DNA of 64,000 nucleotides from an uncultured Clostridia bacterium. Lineage in GTDB: Bacteria; Bacillota; Clostridia; Christensenellales; UBA1242. Location: the NCBI GenBank assembly GCA_947589025.1, contig CANQAY010000004.1:32430-96429 (forward strand). Reading direction: 5' to 3'. Below the pieces are notes generated by a model. That model had not been told where the DNA came from. It was given only the letters and a program-made list of their open reading frames with translations, and did no database searches. Shown piece after piece: positions 20,084-30,668 of the stretch (its first letter is position 1; every line of letters starts with the position of its first letter). The translations under genes were made by a program, and so were the position numbers.

Positions 20084-20973
20084 AACAACGAACAATTACA
20101 AGTGTTTATATAGTTTTGGCGGTGGCACTTGCCATTGCAGCCAAGTTTTTGCCTGTTGTTGGCAACTATATTTTTGATATTTTTATTTTAGTATTAACTC
20201 TAGTTGCCAGTTTTGAAATGTGCAACCTGCTAGAAGCAATGGGCAAGCGCATTAATAGAATATTAGTTAGCTTTTATTGCCTATTTAATTACATAATTTT
20301 GCTTATTTTTGTTAATTTTGTTAATTATTATTATATCCCATTAATTCAACTTGGCATGCTTGCGGCGTATTTCTTAATTATATTTTTTGCCGAATTGTCA
20401 GTTAAAAATGGGCTTGCTGCCAAAGTAAAATTAAAAACAAGCCTATTAAGTTTGTTGGCGTGCTTTTATCCGGGCTTTTTATTCACAAATTATTTGTTTA
20501 TAAATCACATAGATGCTTTTGCTGGAATAAATCATCTGTCAGTAGTGCTAATTTTGCTTGTTATTGCCATAACATTTTTAACAGATACATTTGCATATCT
20601 TGTTGGCAGAACATTTAAGGGCCCAAAAATTGCGCCTAAAATTAGCCCTAAAAAAACTTATAGCGGCTGCATTGGTGGTTTATTGGGTGGCATAATTGGG
20701 GCAATGCTGGTGTTTGCTTTGCTTAACGTACCGTCTCTTAAAATTATATTGTCAACTTATTCGCTAAAATGGTGGCATTTTATGTTGGTTGGTTTGGTTG
20801 TGTCGGTTATTGACCAAATTGGTGACCTAGTTGAAAGCAAAATTAAAAGGGTGGCGGCCGTTAAGGATAGCGGCAACATTTTCCCCGGCCATGGCGGAAT
20901 GCTGGATAGAATTGACGCCATGATATTTGTTGTTACATCCATAACAATTTTTGCAATAATTTTCATAATTTAA
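20080..20973 (+). CDS. cdsA: Phosphatidate cytidylyltransferase
   Basis: DTFAY.VG, ISPKKT, GDL.ES.IKR...VKDSG..FPGHGG.LDRID. Confidence 0.96.
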   Translation: MKQRTITSVYIVLAVALAIAAKFLPVVGNYIFDIFILVLTLVASFEMCNLLEAMGKRINRILVSFYCLFNYIILLIFVNFVNYYYIPLIQLGMLAAYFLIIFFAELSVKNGLAAKVKLKTSLLSLLACFYPGFLFTNYLFINHIDAFAGINHLSVVLILLVIAITFLTDTFAYLVGRTFKGPKIAPKISPKKTYSGCIGGLLGGIIGAMLVFALLNVPSLKIILSTYSLKWWHFMLVGLVVSVIDQIGDLVESKIKRVAAVKDSGNIFPGHGGMLDRIDAMIFVVTSITIFAIIFII

Positions 20974-20995
20974 TTTATAAAAAATATATTATATT

Positions 20996-22174
20996 ATGTC
21001 TTGTTTATTAAGTTTTTCATCTGCATTAACTTACATTGGCTATATTGCTATAGCCATTGTTGTTTTGTTGTTAATGGTGCTTATTCACGAACTGGGGCAT
21101 TACACAGCCGGCAAAATTTTAAAATTTAAAATTAACGAGTTTAGCGTTGGCTTTGGCCCAAAAATTTTGCAAAAAACCAAAAAAAATGGCGAGGTTATAT
21201 CGCTTAGGGCATTTCCTTTAGGCGGCTATTGTGCGTTTGAAGGTGAAGACGAAGAGGGCAAGGAAAACCCACTTGCATTTAACAATCAAAAGCCATGGAA
21301 AAGGTTAATTGTGCTATTTTCTGGTGCGTTTTTTAACTTTTTAAGCGCAATAATATTTTCATTTATTTTACTGCTTGCCAATGGTTACGATCTAGTTCAA
21401 GTTAAAACAGTGCCCGAACAATCTATAAATTACAACATTATGCAAACGGGCGATGTAATTTATGGCGTTAACAATAAAAATATTGATTTTGTTAACGATG
21501 ATTATATTACGACATTAATAACTGATTATGTTATGAACAACTTTAAAACCTATTCGGGCGAAAATCTATTAGAAGCTGGCGAACCTTTTGAAGACGAAAA
21601 TAATGAAACATTTTATTTGGTGCAAGAAATTTTACCATTAAATATAAAGCGAAACGGCAAAACTCAGCTTTTAGAATGCAAAATTAACATCATTTATGCT
21701 AGTGATGGCAGCCTAGCCAGTTGGCCAGCTCCCGGATACGAAACTATGAACGATGTATTTGGCGTTCAAATTCACACATATAAATATTCTTTTTTTGAAG
21801 CATTAGCACAGGCAGTGCCTTTTACATTTAAATGGGCATGGAAGGTGCTTGTTGTGTTATTCCAGTTAATAACAGGTAAATTATCCATTAAAGCGCTAGG
21901 CGGCCCAGTTACCACAATTAATATGATTGCTTCGGCAACTCAAACCAATTTTGTAAACATTTTAGTTCTGTTGCCGGCCATTGCTGCCAACCTTGCCGTG
22001 TTTAATTTGTTGCCAATTCCTGCATTGGATGGCTTTCAAATGGTGTTTGTGGCAATAGAGTGGATAAGAAAAAAGCCCGTTAAACGCTCGGTTATTAACG
22101 CAATTAATAATATAGGGTTGTTGCTTTTGTTAGGCTTTGTAATTATTGTTGATATTTTGCAGTTTGCACTTTAA
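20996..22174 (+). CDS. rseP: Site-2 intramembrane metalloprotease RseP
   Basis: HELGH, FSVGFGP, PLGGY, FNLLPIPALDG. Confidence 0.95.
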   Translation: MSCLLSFSSALTYIGYIAIAIVVLLLMVLIHELGHYTAGKILKFKINEFSVGFGPKILQKTKKNGEVISLRAFPLGGYCAFEGEDEEGKENPLAFNNQKPWKRLIVLFSGAFFNFLSAIIFSFILLLANGYDLVQVKTVPEQSINYNIMQTGDVIYGVNNKNIDFVNDDYITTLITDYVMNNFKTYSGENLLEAGEPFEDENNETFYLVQEILPLNIKRNGKTQLLECKINIIYASDGSLASWPAPGYETMNDVFGVQIHTYKYSFFEALAQAVPFTFKWAWKVLVVLFQLITGKLSIKALGGPVTTINMIASATQTNFVNILVLLPAIAANLAVFNLLPIPALDGFQMVFVAIEWIRKKPVKRSVINAINNIGLLLLLGFVIIVDILQFAL

Positions 22175-22181
22175 AAAGGGG

Positions 22182-22210
22182 TTGACTTAAACCTCTTTTT
22201 TTGTTATAAT
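22182..22210 (+). promoter_or_regulatory. SigA promoter of the mini-polC gene, overlapping the rseP terminator
   Basis: TTGACT-N17-TATAAT with TG extension; ATG 6 nt later; hairpin AAAAAGGGGTT..AACCTCTTTTT. Confidence 0.75.
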
Positions 22211-22216
22211 GTTAAT

Positions 22217-23737
22217 ATGGAAAAAATAGAGGTTTTAAACACTCTTTTTGACGGGTTAAAGTTTAAAGATGCAGTATATTTAGAAAAAACAAACACTTGT
22301 ACTGCCAATTTTTTATATAATCCAGACTGTTTTAAACCAACAGATAAAAACAGAAAAATTATTATAGATAAATTAACAGATATTATTGGCAATTATGTCA
22401 GTTTAGATTTAAACTTTATTGCCTGTGCATTAGATAAACGCGCCATTGCTAACCACACTTATAGCACAATTGTTAACACTTTTCCTGCAATTAATAAAAA
22501 CTTTACCTATGATGATGTTGAAGTAGAAGTGCACAATATTAATGTTACAGTTAAGTTAAAATTGGCCCCTTCAGTTTACGAGTATGCCACAAGCCTAAAA
22601 AGGGAAAGTTTGGTGGCAGAAAAATTAAAAGAAAGTTTTTTGGCAGATTTTACTGTTCAATTTATAAAAAAAGAGGATATAGTTAATTCTTCCACCAGTT
22701 ATATTGAAAAAAATATGGAGCTTATGGCAAGCATTAAAGAGGCGGAAGAAAAAACAGTTTATGAACTTTCTAACATTGCCGATATCATTGGCAAAAACGA
22801 TTATAACCTTGCAATAGATTTTACAAAAACCACTCAAGTTGTAGAAAATGTTGTAATTTGCGGCGAAGTAACAAACGTTGCCCGCAAAACTTATACAAGA
22901 AAAACAACAAAAAATGGTGTTTCTAAAGAAATTGAACGCACTTTTTATAATTTTACTTTAAAACTAAACAACAAATTTTTGTATTGTTCAATCTTTCCGC
23001 GCCAAGCAGATGAAGCAAAAGGTGACCTTATTGAAGTTGGCATGAGTGTTTGTTGTTTTGGCTCGTTTAGAGAGTTTAACGGCAAACTAAACTTCACCGC
23101 AGTTAGCATTGCTAGGTGCAATTTTAAATTAGAATCGGTAAAATCTAGCGATAAAAAAGTTAATGAAGAATATCACACGGTTTTCCCTCAAAAATATGTG
23201 GACTATGAGCAAAGCGGTCTGTTTGACGATGCCGATAAATTTTTTGAAGGCAGTTATGTGGTGTTTGACCTTGAAACCACCGGGCTAGAGGCAAATAAAG
23301 ATGAAATTATTGAAATTGGCGCCTGCAAAATTGTGAATGGCAGAATAGATGAAACATTTTCCACTTTTGTAAAGCCTTCAAGGCATATTCCAAGAGAAAT
23401 TACCAGTTTAACTGGCATAAACGATGCAATGGTTAAAGATGCACCATCTATTAACTATGTTTTGCCCGATTTTTATAAATTCTGTTATGGTTCAACCATG
23501 GTAGGGCATAATGTTCAGTTTGATATTGGCTTTATTTACAATGTTGCCAAAAAGTTTTCTTACAATTTTAACAACCCACTTATGGACACAATGGAAATGG
23601 CTCATCAAAAGTTGCCCGGTTTAAAAAATTATAAACTTGGCACAATTGTGGATAAACTTAACATAGTGCTAGAAAATGCTCACCGCGCAATAAACGACGC
23701 AACTGCAACAGCAAAAGTGTTTATTAAATTAAAATAA
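22217..23737 (+). CDS. PolC-derived 3'-5' exonuclease (NTD + OB fold + DEDDh exonuclease; no PHP or polymerase domain)
   Basis: polC locus (rseP..rimP); OB motif VVICGEV...GMSVCCFG; ExoI VVFDLETTG, ExoII GHNVQFD, ExoIII HRAINDA; stop right after the exonuclease. Confidence 0.85.
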   Translation: MEKIEVLNTLFDGLKFKDAVYLEKTNTCTANFLYNPDCFKPTDKNRKIIIDKLTDIIGNYVSLDLNFIACALDKRAIANHTYSTIVNTFPAINKNFTYDDVEVEVHNINVTVKLKLAPSVYEYATSLKRESLVAEKLKESFLADFTVQFIKKEDIVNSSTSYIEKNMELMASIKEAEEKTVYELSNIADIIGKNDYNLAIDFTKTTQVVENVVICGEVTNVARKTYTRKTTKNGVSKEIERTFYNFTLKLNNKFLYCSIFPRQADEAKGDLIEVGMSVCCFGSFREFNGKLNFTAVSIARCNFKLESVKSSDKKVNEEYHTVFPQKYVDYEQSGLFDDADKFFEGSYVVFDLETTGLEANKDEIIEIGACKIVNGRIDETFSTFVKPSRHIPREITSLTGINDAMVKDAPSINYVLPDFYKFCYGSTMVGHNVQFDIGFIYNVAKKFSYNFNNPLMDTMEMAHQKLPGLKNYKLGTIVDKLNIVLENAHRAINDATATAKVFIKLK

Positions 23738-23807
23738 AAGAAATGTTTATTTTAGTTGACAGGCTCCGCAAAACTATGTTAGTATATCCATATACAAAGG
23801 AGAACTT

Positions 23808-24689
23808 ATGGCAAAAGTTAAAATTCCAAAGGCCAGTTGGTGGAAAGCTCACAACATGCCTTTAAAACAAATCCCAATGGATAGAAAAGAACTTAAAAAT
23901 TTAAGCGACGATGATAAAACCATTGCAGCAATGGCAACTTGGCCTTCTATTATAAAAATTTTAATAGGGGCAGCAATTGTTTATGTGTTGTTTGCGGTTT
24001 TCTATTTTGCTTTTTCATTTAGCAGTGATGCAAGTTTTGGTTCATCGTTGCAAAATCTTATTATTTTAATTGTTGTTGCACTGTTTTTGGCGCCAAAGCC
24101 AACCGCGTTGCTAGATGGGTTTGAAACAATAAAGGGCTATGAGCGTTTAGGCATTAACACATTAATTGCATTGCTAATTATGTTATTTACCATTCCAATG
24201 AGGCTTGTGGGCATATTTGCTAATATGATTCTTTCACTTATAAATAGGGTTTCTCAGTCTAGCATGTTGGGCATGCCAAGAATTTGCTTGCCTCAAAATT
24301 GTGATTATGATAGCTTAATTGGTTATTATTCAGAATATGAAAAGCAAGCAGTGTCTGCATCTAACTATGAAATGGCACAACAGAACACTACAGATATAGT
24401 TTCTGGGCGTGCTTCAGATTTAAGAAATGAAATTAACGAGCTTGAAAATAATAACGAAATGGATAGTTATGAAAAATCAAAGCTGATAAGCGAAAAGAAA
24501 GATTTGCTTTATAGTTATGAAAAAACCTTAGATGCCTTATCAAACGATATTAATGATCCGGAATATAAAGAAAAGTTGGAAGACGCTCTTCATTCGGTAG
24601 AAAATTCCGATTCATATGCTGCAAGCGACCTTAAAGATGTTCTTAACAGTTATGATAAATATGAAAATTCTAAAAAAAATAAAAAGTAA
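23808..24689 (+). CDS. Hypothetical membrane protein
   Basis: About 3 hydrophobic segments and a charged helical C-terminus; AAGGAG SD, own promoter and terminator. Confidence 0.75.
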   Translation: MAKVKIPKASWWKAHNMPLKQIPMDRKELKNLSDDDKTIAAMATWPSIIKILIGAAIVYVLFAVFYFAFSFSSDASFGSSLQNLIILIVVALFLAPKPTALLDGFETIKGYERLGINTLIALLIMLFTIPMRLVGIFANMILSLINRVSQSSMLGMPRICLPQNCDYDSLIGYYSEYEKQAVSASNYEMAQQNTTDIVSGRASDLRNEINELENNNEMDSYEKSKLISEKKDLLYSYEKTLDALSNDINDPEYKEKLEDALHSVENSDSYAASDLKDVLNSYDKYENSKKNKK

Positions 24690-24695
24690 ATAACT

Positions 24696-24718
24696 AAAGG
24701 TGCTGTGGCACCTTTTTT
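24696..24718 (+). terminator. Intrinsic terminator
   Basis: AAAGGTGC-TGTG-GCACCTTT plus T run. Confidence 0.8.
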
Positions 24719-24798
24719 ATTTAAAAATTAAATATTTTCACAAAACTTTTTAAAATCTATTGATTTTTAAAAATCTTTATTGTATACTATTAACAATG

Positions 24799-24831
24799 TA
24801 GGAGTGGGCAACCACTCCTAACTTAGTTTTT
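24799..24831 (+). promoter_or_regulatory. rimP-nusA leader attenuator hairpin
   Basis: TAGGAGTGG-GCAA-CCACTCCTA with a poor U tract in the leader; resembles the Firmicutes rimP(ylxS) leader used for NusA autoregulation. Confidence 0.65.
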
Positions 24832-24841
24832 AAGGAGTGAT

Positions 24842-25294
24842 ATGAAAGTAGCAGAAATGGTGTTTAATGAAATATCCCCACTATTTAAAAAGGATATTAA
24901 ACTTGTTGAAGTTGAATATGTTAAAAGGGCGGATGGCATGCACTTGATTGTGTATATTGACAAGCTTGGCGGCGTTGCCATAGACGATTGTGTTGCAGTT
25001 AATGATATGATTGACCCAGTTATTGAAGATCTTAACCCAACACAAGATAAACCTTACATTTTAGATGTTTCTTCCTATGGGTTGGATAAACCATTAAAAT
25101 TTGATTGGCAATTTAAAAAATATCAAAATCAACTCGTAGATGTTAAACTTTATAAAAAAGTTGATGGCCTAAAAGAATTTACTGCCACATTGTTGTTTAG
25201 AGATGAAGATAAAACTGGTTTTAATTTAAACAATAACAACATTGCCATTTTAAACACTGACATTGCTTACATTTTACCACATATTGATTTTTAA
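24842..25294 (+). CDS. rimP: Ribosome maturation factor RimP
   Basis: LVEVEY, LIVYIDK..GV.IDDC, YILDVSS.GLDKPL. Confidence 0.95.
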   Translation: MKVAEMVFNEISPLFKKDIKLVEVEYVKRADGMHLIVYIDKLGGVAIDDCVAVNDMIDPVIEDLNPTQDKPYILDVSSYGLDKPLKFDWQFKKYQNQLVDVKLYKKVDGLKEFTATLLFRDEDKTGFNLNNNNIAILNTDIAYILPHIDF

Positions 25295-25303
25295 GGAGAA
25301 TTT

Positions 25304-26428
25304 ATGATTAATAAAGATTTTTTTGAAGCATTAAAAGATTTGCAAGCCGAAAAGGGCATTAATGAAGATGTTTTTATTGAGGCACTTGAACAAGCTTTAA
25401 CCGCTGCCTACAAAAAGAATAGTGGCATGGCTAAAAATGCACAAGTTAAGCTTTTTCCAGAAAAGAACACAATAAAAATATATTCTTACCGCACAGTTGT
25501 TAGCGAAGTGGAAGACGAAGAAAAGGAAATAAGCTTAGAAGAAGCCAAACAAATTAAACACTCTTATAAAGTGGGCGATTTAGTTATGCAGGAAGAATCC
25601 ACTAAAGATTTTAACCGTATAGCCGTGCAAACAGCAAAACAGGTTATAACCCAAAAAATTAAGGAAATTGAAAAGCAATCAATTTATAAGGATATTGCCG
25701 AAAAAGAGGGCAAACTTATTGTTGCCAATGTTAAACGTATTGATTTAGACAATGTTTACCTTGAAATTGGCGGAACAACATTAGAGGGTTTGCTAACAAA
25801 ACGCGATGTTTTGCCTAACGACAATTTAAAGCCAGGTGACCGCATTAAAGTTTATGTTCGCCACATTAAAGACGATTTTAAAGGCACAGTTGTTCAAGTT
25901 ACCAGAACGCATCCAAACTTTGTTAAATTGCTTTTGGAAATGGAAGTGCCAGAACTAAATAATGGTGAAGTTAACATTGTTGGCATTGTTAGGGAGGCAG
26001 GTTTAAGAACAAAAATTGCCGTTCAATCCACTGTTGCTAATCTTGACCCCGTTGGTGCTTGCGTTGGCAATAAAGGCAGCCGAATCAGTGCCGTTATAAC
26101 CGAGCTTAAAGGCGAAAAGATTGACATTATAAACTATAGTGAAAATCCAGCAGATTACATTGTGGCAGCACTTTCACCAGCCGAAGTTAGTGAAATTACA
26201 GTTGACACAGCGGCCGGCGTTGCCAATGTGCTTGTGCCAGAAAATAAACTTTCGCTTGCAATTGGCAAGGGTGGGCACAATGTAAGGCTTGCAGCCAAAT
26301 TAACTGGCTATAAAATAGATGTTAAACCAGTTAGTTCAACCCCTAAAAATAAGGTTAATGATGTGGTTAGCACCTCAAATGTAAACATTATTTTGGATGA
26401 CGACTTCTTTGAAGATATAGATGAGTAG
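25304..26428 (+). CDS. nusA: Transcription factor NusA
   Basis: RIAVQTAKQV, S1 domain, REAG.RTKIAV, DPVGACVG, SLAIGKGG.NVRLAAKLTG. Confidence 0.98.
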   Translation: MINKDFFEALKDLQAEKGINEDVFIEALEQALTAAYKKNSGMAKNAQVKLFPEKNTIKIYSYRTVVSEVEDEEKEISLEEAKQIKHSYKVGDLVMQEESTKDFNRIAVQTAKQVITQKIKEIEKQSIYKDIAEKEGKLIVANVKRIDLDNVYLEIGGTTLEGLLTKRDVLPNDNLKPGDRIKVYVRHIKDDFKGTVVQVTRTHPNFVKLLLEMEVPELNNGEVNIVGIVREAGLRTKIAVQSTVANLDPVGACVGNKGSRISAVITELKGEKIDIINYSENPADYIVAALSPAEVSEITVDTAAGVANVLVPENKLSLAIGKGGHNVRLAAKLTGYKIDVKPVSSTPKNKVNDVVSTSNVNIILDDDFFEDIDE

Positions 26429-26431
26429 GCT

Positions 26432-26689
26432 ATGCACATAAAAAATGAAAGAAGGTGTATTGCTTGCAGGCAAAACAAGCAACAAAATGAATTAATTCGC
26501 ATTGCCAAAGTTAACGGAGCATTTGTTATAGATAAATTGCACAAACTTGGCGGACGCGGTGCCTATATTTGCAAAAATAATGATTGCATAACATTGGCAA
26601 TCAAAAAAAAGGCATTAAATCGTGCATTTAAAATGCAAATAGATAATGAAATTTATGATGAATTAAAAAATTATGAACAAAGTAATTAG
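26432..26689 (+). CDS. ylxR: YlxR/RnpM family RNA-binding protein
   Basis: RRCIAC, ELIRI, GRGAYIC; position after nusA. Confidence 0.92.
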   Translation: MHIKNERRCIACRQNKQQNELIRIAKVNGAFVIDKLHKLGGRGAYICKNNDCITLAIKKKALNRAFKMQIDNEIYDELKNYEQSN

Positions 26690-26972
26690 TTATTTAGGGT
26701 TTGCAATAAAATCCAACAATGTAATTTTAGGGCAGGGCAAATTAAAGCATTGCGAAAAGGATGTGCATTTAATTTTAGTTTGTTCGTCCGCCACGCCAAA
26801 TTTAAAAGCATTGGCGCATAATGTGGCAAACAAAAAGCATTGCCCTTTAATTGAAACAAAAATTCCGTTGGAAAACTTAACAAACAAGCCGGGCATAAAA
26901 ATAATTGGCGTATTAGAGCCCAATTTAAGTAAAGCAATTTTATTAAATAAGGAGAGTATTAGTATTGGCTAA
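26673..26972 (+). CDS. ylxQ: L7Ae-family protein (YlxQ/RplGA-like)
   Basis: YLGFA.KS..VI.G, KIIGV...NLSKAI; position between ylxR and infB. Confidence 0.75.
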   Translation: MNKVISYLGFAIKSNNVILGQGKLKHCEKDVHLILVCSSATPNLKALAHNVANKKHCPLIETKIPLENLTNKPGIKIIGVLEPNLSKAILLNKESISIG

Positions 26973-29400
26973 CGAAACAAAAAATCAAGATTTTAATAAA
27001 TCAATTAAACAATTACAATCTATGGTAAAAGATAAATTGTTTATTTCTCTTGCTGAAAAATTTTATAACTTAAAAGGTGAAATGAGCGCGTTAACCCGGG
27101 CGGTGAAGGAAAAGGAAACCAACTTAATTGTTGGTGAAAAGAAAGAAGTTGCAGAGCCAAAGCCACCAGTCGCTCCGGTTGTTTCGCAGCCTAAAATTGA
27201 AAAGAAGCCTCAAACCCAATTTGAAGCCGACACTAAAAAACCACAACAAAATTTCAAAAATAATGCCAATTACAATCAAAATAAAAAGCCAAACTTTAAT
27301 CAAAACCCTAACAACAAAAAACCATTTAATAATTTTAAACAAAATAATCAAAAACCAAATTTAAACGCTAAGCCAAATAACCTAAAGCCGGGGCAAAAAC
27401 CTCTGTTTAATAAGGATACTAAACAGCGCCCAAGCATAAATTATGCTCAGCCTGTAATAACTGCCAGCCCAAGCCGAAACTTTAATAAGAAAAAAGAAAC
27501 TCATTTTGAAGAAAAACGCCAGTATTCTAAGCGTGATTTATTAAAGCGCGGCATGCTTGCAGAAGAGGAAAGCGACAGAGAAATTGTAAGAAAAAACCGT
27601 ATAAAGAAAAAGGAAACTTCTGTTGCGGTTGAAAATAGGCCACAAGGTCCATCAGTTATAACAACTGAAAACATAACAGTTAAGTTATTATCCGAATTAA
27701 GTGGAAAGCCAGTTAGCGAAATAATTAAAAAATTTATGGAGCTTGGCATGATGGTTACCATCAATTCAACAATAGATTTTGCAACTGCCGAGCTTATTAT
27801 GTCCGATATGGGCATTGAACTTGTGCAAAAGCTTGACAAAACTGGTGAAGAAAAATTGAAAGACGTTCAAAAGAACATCCGTTCTTACAGCGAAAACGAA
27901 GCGGTTGAGCGCCCTCCAATTGTAACCGTTATGGGCCACGTGGACCATGGCAAAACCAGTTTGCTAGATTATATCCGCAAAACCAAGGTTGCACTTGGTG
28001 AAGCTGGCGGCATAACACAAGCAATTGGTGCATATCGCGTGGCTGTTAAAGATAAATTTATTACATTTATCGATACTCCGGGCCATGAAGCGTTTACTGC
28101 AATGCGCGCAAGGGGCGCTTCAGTTACCGACATTGCTATATTAATTGTTGCGGCGGATGATGGCATTATGCCTCAAACTGTCGAGGCAATTAATCATATA
28201 AAATCTGCCAACATCCCAATGATTGTAGCAATTAATAAAATTGATAAGCCTCAAGCCGACCCTGATAGGATTATGCAACAACTTGCCGAGCACAATGTTT
28301 TGCCAGAAGCTTGGGGTGGCGATGCTATAATATGCAAAATTTCGGCCAAAACAGGTGAGGGGATAGATAAATTGTTAGAAACTATCCTTCTTGTTGCCGA
28401 TGTTCAAGGCTTAAAGGCTAACCCTAATGTTAATGCAATTGGCACAATTTTGGAAGCCCGCCTAGATAAAGGCAAGGGCGCAATTGCATCATTAATTGTA
28501 ACCGATGGCTCACTAAAAGTTGGGGATACTATTGTTTCAGGCACTACATTATGCAAAGTTAAAGCTATGTTTGACGAAAACAATAAAGTTGTTAAAGTTG
28601 CAACTCCTTCCATGCCTGTAACAGTTTTGGGCTTTAATGAGGTTCCGCAAGCGGGCGAAACATTTACAGTTGTGGATGAAAAATTATCTAAACAAATTGT
28701 TGAAGAACGCATAGCAAAGAAAAAGCAAGAGCTAATTAAGGGCAGTGGCGGCAACACTTTGGAAGATTTATTGCAAAAAACCAGCGAAAAGGATGTTAAA
28801 ATATTAAATATAATTTTAAAAACCGATGTCAACGGCTCGCTAGAAGCAGTTAAATCTTCTATTATGAAGCTAGTTAATGATGAAGTAAAAATTAACATTT
28901 TGCATAGCGGTGTGGGCGCAGTTAGTGAAAGTGACTTGATATTAGCAAGTGCTTCCAACGCGATGTTAATTGCGTTTAACATAGGGCAGGATAGTAAAGT
29001 TAAAACCCTTGCCGAGCGCATGAAAATTAAAATTTATAGCTATAAAATAATTTATGAATTGATTGACGATATCGAACGTGTTGTTAAAGGCATGAAAGAG
29101 CCTAAATATGAAGAAGTTTATTTGGGCAGGGCCGAAGTTATTGCTGTGTTTAAGCTATCAAATGCTGGCATCGTGGCAGGTTGTATGGTTAGAGATGGCA
29201 AACTTGTTCGTGGCGAGCATTTAAGAATATATCGCGGAGATAATATTGTTTGTGAAACCGAATTAAAATCTTTAAAAATTGTTAAAGACGATGTCAAAGA
29301 GACAGGCAAGGATAGGGAATGCGGCGTAAAAACTGGATACGATGAAGTGCAAGTTGGCGATAGATTAGAATGCTACACCCTTAAAAGGATTGAGGAATAA
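26965..29400 (+). CDS. infB: Translation initiation factor IF-2
   Basis: [33 protein letters not shown]; TTG start after AAGGAG. Confidence 0.98.
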   Translation: MANETKNQDFNKSIKQLQSMVKDKLFISLAEKFYNLKGEMSALTRAVKEKETNLIVGEKKEVAEPKPPVAPVVSQPKIEKKPQTQFEADTKKPQQNFKNNANYNQNKKPNFNQNPNNKKPFNNFKQNNQKPNLNAKPNNLKPGQKPLFNKDTKQRPSINYAQPVITASPSRNFNKKKETHFEEKRQYSKRDLLKRGMLAEEESDREIVRKNRIKKKETSVAVENRPQGPSVITTENITVKLLSELSGKPVSEIIKKFMELGMMVTINSTIDFATAELIMSDMGIELVQKLDKTGEEKLKDVQKNIRSYSENEAVERPPIVTVMGHVDHGKTSLLDYIRKTKVALGEAGGITQAIGAYRVAVKDKFITFIDTPGHEAFTAMRARGASVTDIAILIVAADDGIMPQTVEAINHIKSANIPMIVAINKIDKPQADPDRIMQQLAEHNVLPEAWGGDAIICKISAKTGEGIDKLLETILLVADVQGLKANPNVNAIGTILEARLDKGKGAIASLIVTDGSLKVGDTIVSGTTLCKVKAMFDENNKVVKVATPSMPVTVLGFNEVPQAGETFTVVDEKLSKQIVEERIAKKKQELIKGSGGNTLEDLLQKTSEKDVKILNIILKTDVNGSLEAVKSSIMKLVNDEVKINILHSGVGAVSESDLILASASNAMLIAFNIGQDSKVKTLAERMKIKIYSYKIIYELIDDIERVVKGMKEPKYEEVYLGRAEVIAVFKLSNAGIVAGCMVRDGKLVRGEHLRIYRGDNIVCETELKSLKIVKDDVKETGKDRECGVKTGYDEVQVGDRLECYTLKRIEE

Positions 29401-29768
29401 TGAAAAGTGTGCGCATAGAACGAATTAATAGCGAACTAAATAAAGCAATATCTCACATAATAGATAATGACTTAAGAGACCCACAAATAGATGCTATAAT
29501 TGGGGTAACTGGTGTTGAAATTACACCAGATTTAGGATATGCGCGTGTTTATATAACCTCAATTGGCAAAACACCAAAAGAAGAAGTTTTGGCAAGAATT
29601 AAGGGTGCAGCCGGTTTTATTCGCGGCAAATTATCCAAAATGGTGCAGTTAAGAATTACCCCTAGGTTAGAATTTTTGTTAGACACAACTGAAGAATATT
29701 CCAACAAAATTGAAGGCATATTAAAAAACATTAAATATTCCACCCCTGCGGATGGTGAAGATGAATAA
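29400..29768 (+). CDS. rbfA: Ribosome-binding factor A
   Basis: RIERI, LRDP, VEITPDL..ARVY, AAGFIR, LR.TP.L.F..D. Confidence 0.96.
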   Translation: MKSVRIERINSELNKAISHIIDNDLRDPQIDAIIGVTGVEITPDLGYARVYITSIGKTPKEEVLARIKGAAGFIRGKLSKMVQLRITPRLEFLLDTTEEYSNKIEGILKNIKYSTPADGEDE

Positions 29769-30609
29769 GGGGATTATTCCTATAAACAAACCCAGTGGGT
29801 GGACTAGCTTTGATGTTGTTAACAAAATTAAACATTTGTTAAAAACAACCAAAGTTGGTCACCTTGGCACGTTGGACCCTATGGCAACGGGTGTGCTATT
29901 AATAACTGTTGGCAAAGCAACAAAATTGTTTAACATTATGCAAGAAAAACAAAAAACCTATGTTGCCAGCTTTAAATTTGGCGTTTTAACTGACAGTTTG
30001 GATGCAACAGGCAAGCAAATTGACAGTTCTAATGTAATCCCCAGCCATCAAGAAATTGAAAATGTGCTACCACAATTTATTGGCAAAATTCAACAACAAC
30101 CACCTAAATATAGTGCAATTTCCGTAAACGGGGAGCGTGCTTATAAATTGGCACGGCAAAACAAAGAGTTTAACCTGCCATCAAAACAAGTGCAAGTTTA
30201 TGATATTAAACTATTGTCTTATCAAAATGACATTTTAACTTTAAAAATTGTCTGTGGCAGCGGCACATATATCCGTTCACTTGGCAGAGACATAGCCTCA
30301 AAATTAAACACCTTTGCCACAATGACCGAACTTGTGCGCACAAACATTGGCAATTATTCGTTAACAGATTGCCATGAAATTGCTGAACTTACAAGCGAAA
30401 ATATCAGCAAAAAAATTGTTCCAATTAAAGATGTTTTAAACTATGAGTGCATTAATTTGACCGATGTGGACAAACAAAAAATATTAAATGGCCAAACAAT
30501 TAAAATTGAAAGAGCTTCGGGCAATTATTTGTTAGTTGACGAGTTAGACGCCATTGCTATAATTAAAATTAACAATAATTTGGCAAAAATGACTATGTTT
30601 TTGGGTTAA
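29761..30609 (+). CDS. truB: tRNA pseudouridine55 synthase
   Basis: NKP.GWTSFDVV, VGH.GTLDPMATG, PPKYSA, GTYIRSL. Confidence 0.97.
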   Translation: MNKGIIPINKPSGWTSFDVVNKIKHLLKTTKVGHLGTLDPMATGVLLITVGKATKLFNIMQEKQKTYVASFKFGVLTDSLDATGKQIDSSNVIPSHQEIENVLPQFIGKIQQQPPKYSAISVNGERAYKLARQNKEFNLPSKQVQVYDIKLLSYQNDILTLKIVCGSGTYIRSLGRDIASKLNTFATMTELVRTNIGNYSLTDCHEIAELTSENISKKIVPIKDVLNYECINLTDVDKQKILNGQTIKIERASGNYLLVDELDAIAIIKINNNLAKMTMFLG

Positions 30610-30668
30610 ATTTATTGCCAAAATGCCAAAACTATGATATAATAAATTAAGTTTTAAGGAGAAAATTT

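Noticed and set aside
27236-27420. N/Q/K-rich quasi-repeats in infB
   Set aside because: The variable low-complexity IF-2 N-terminal region is common
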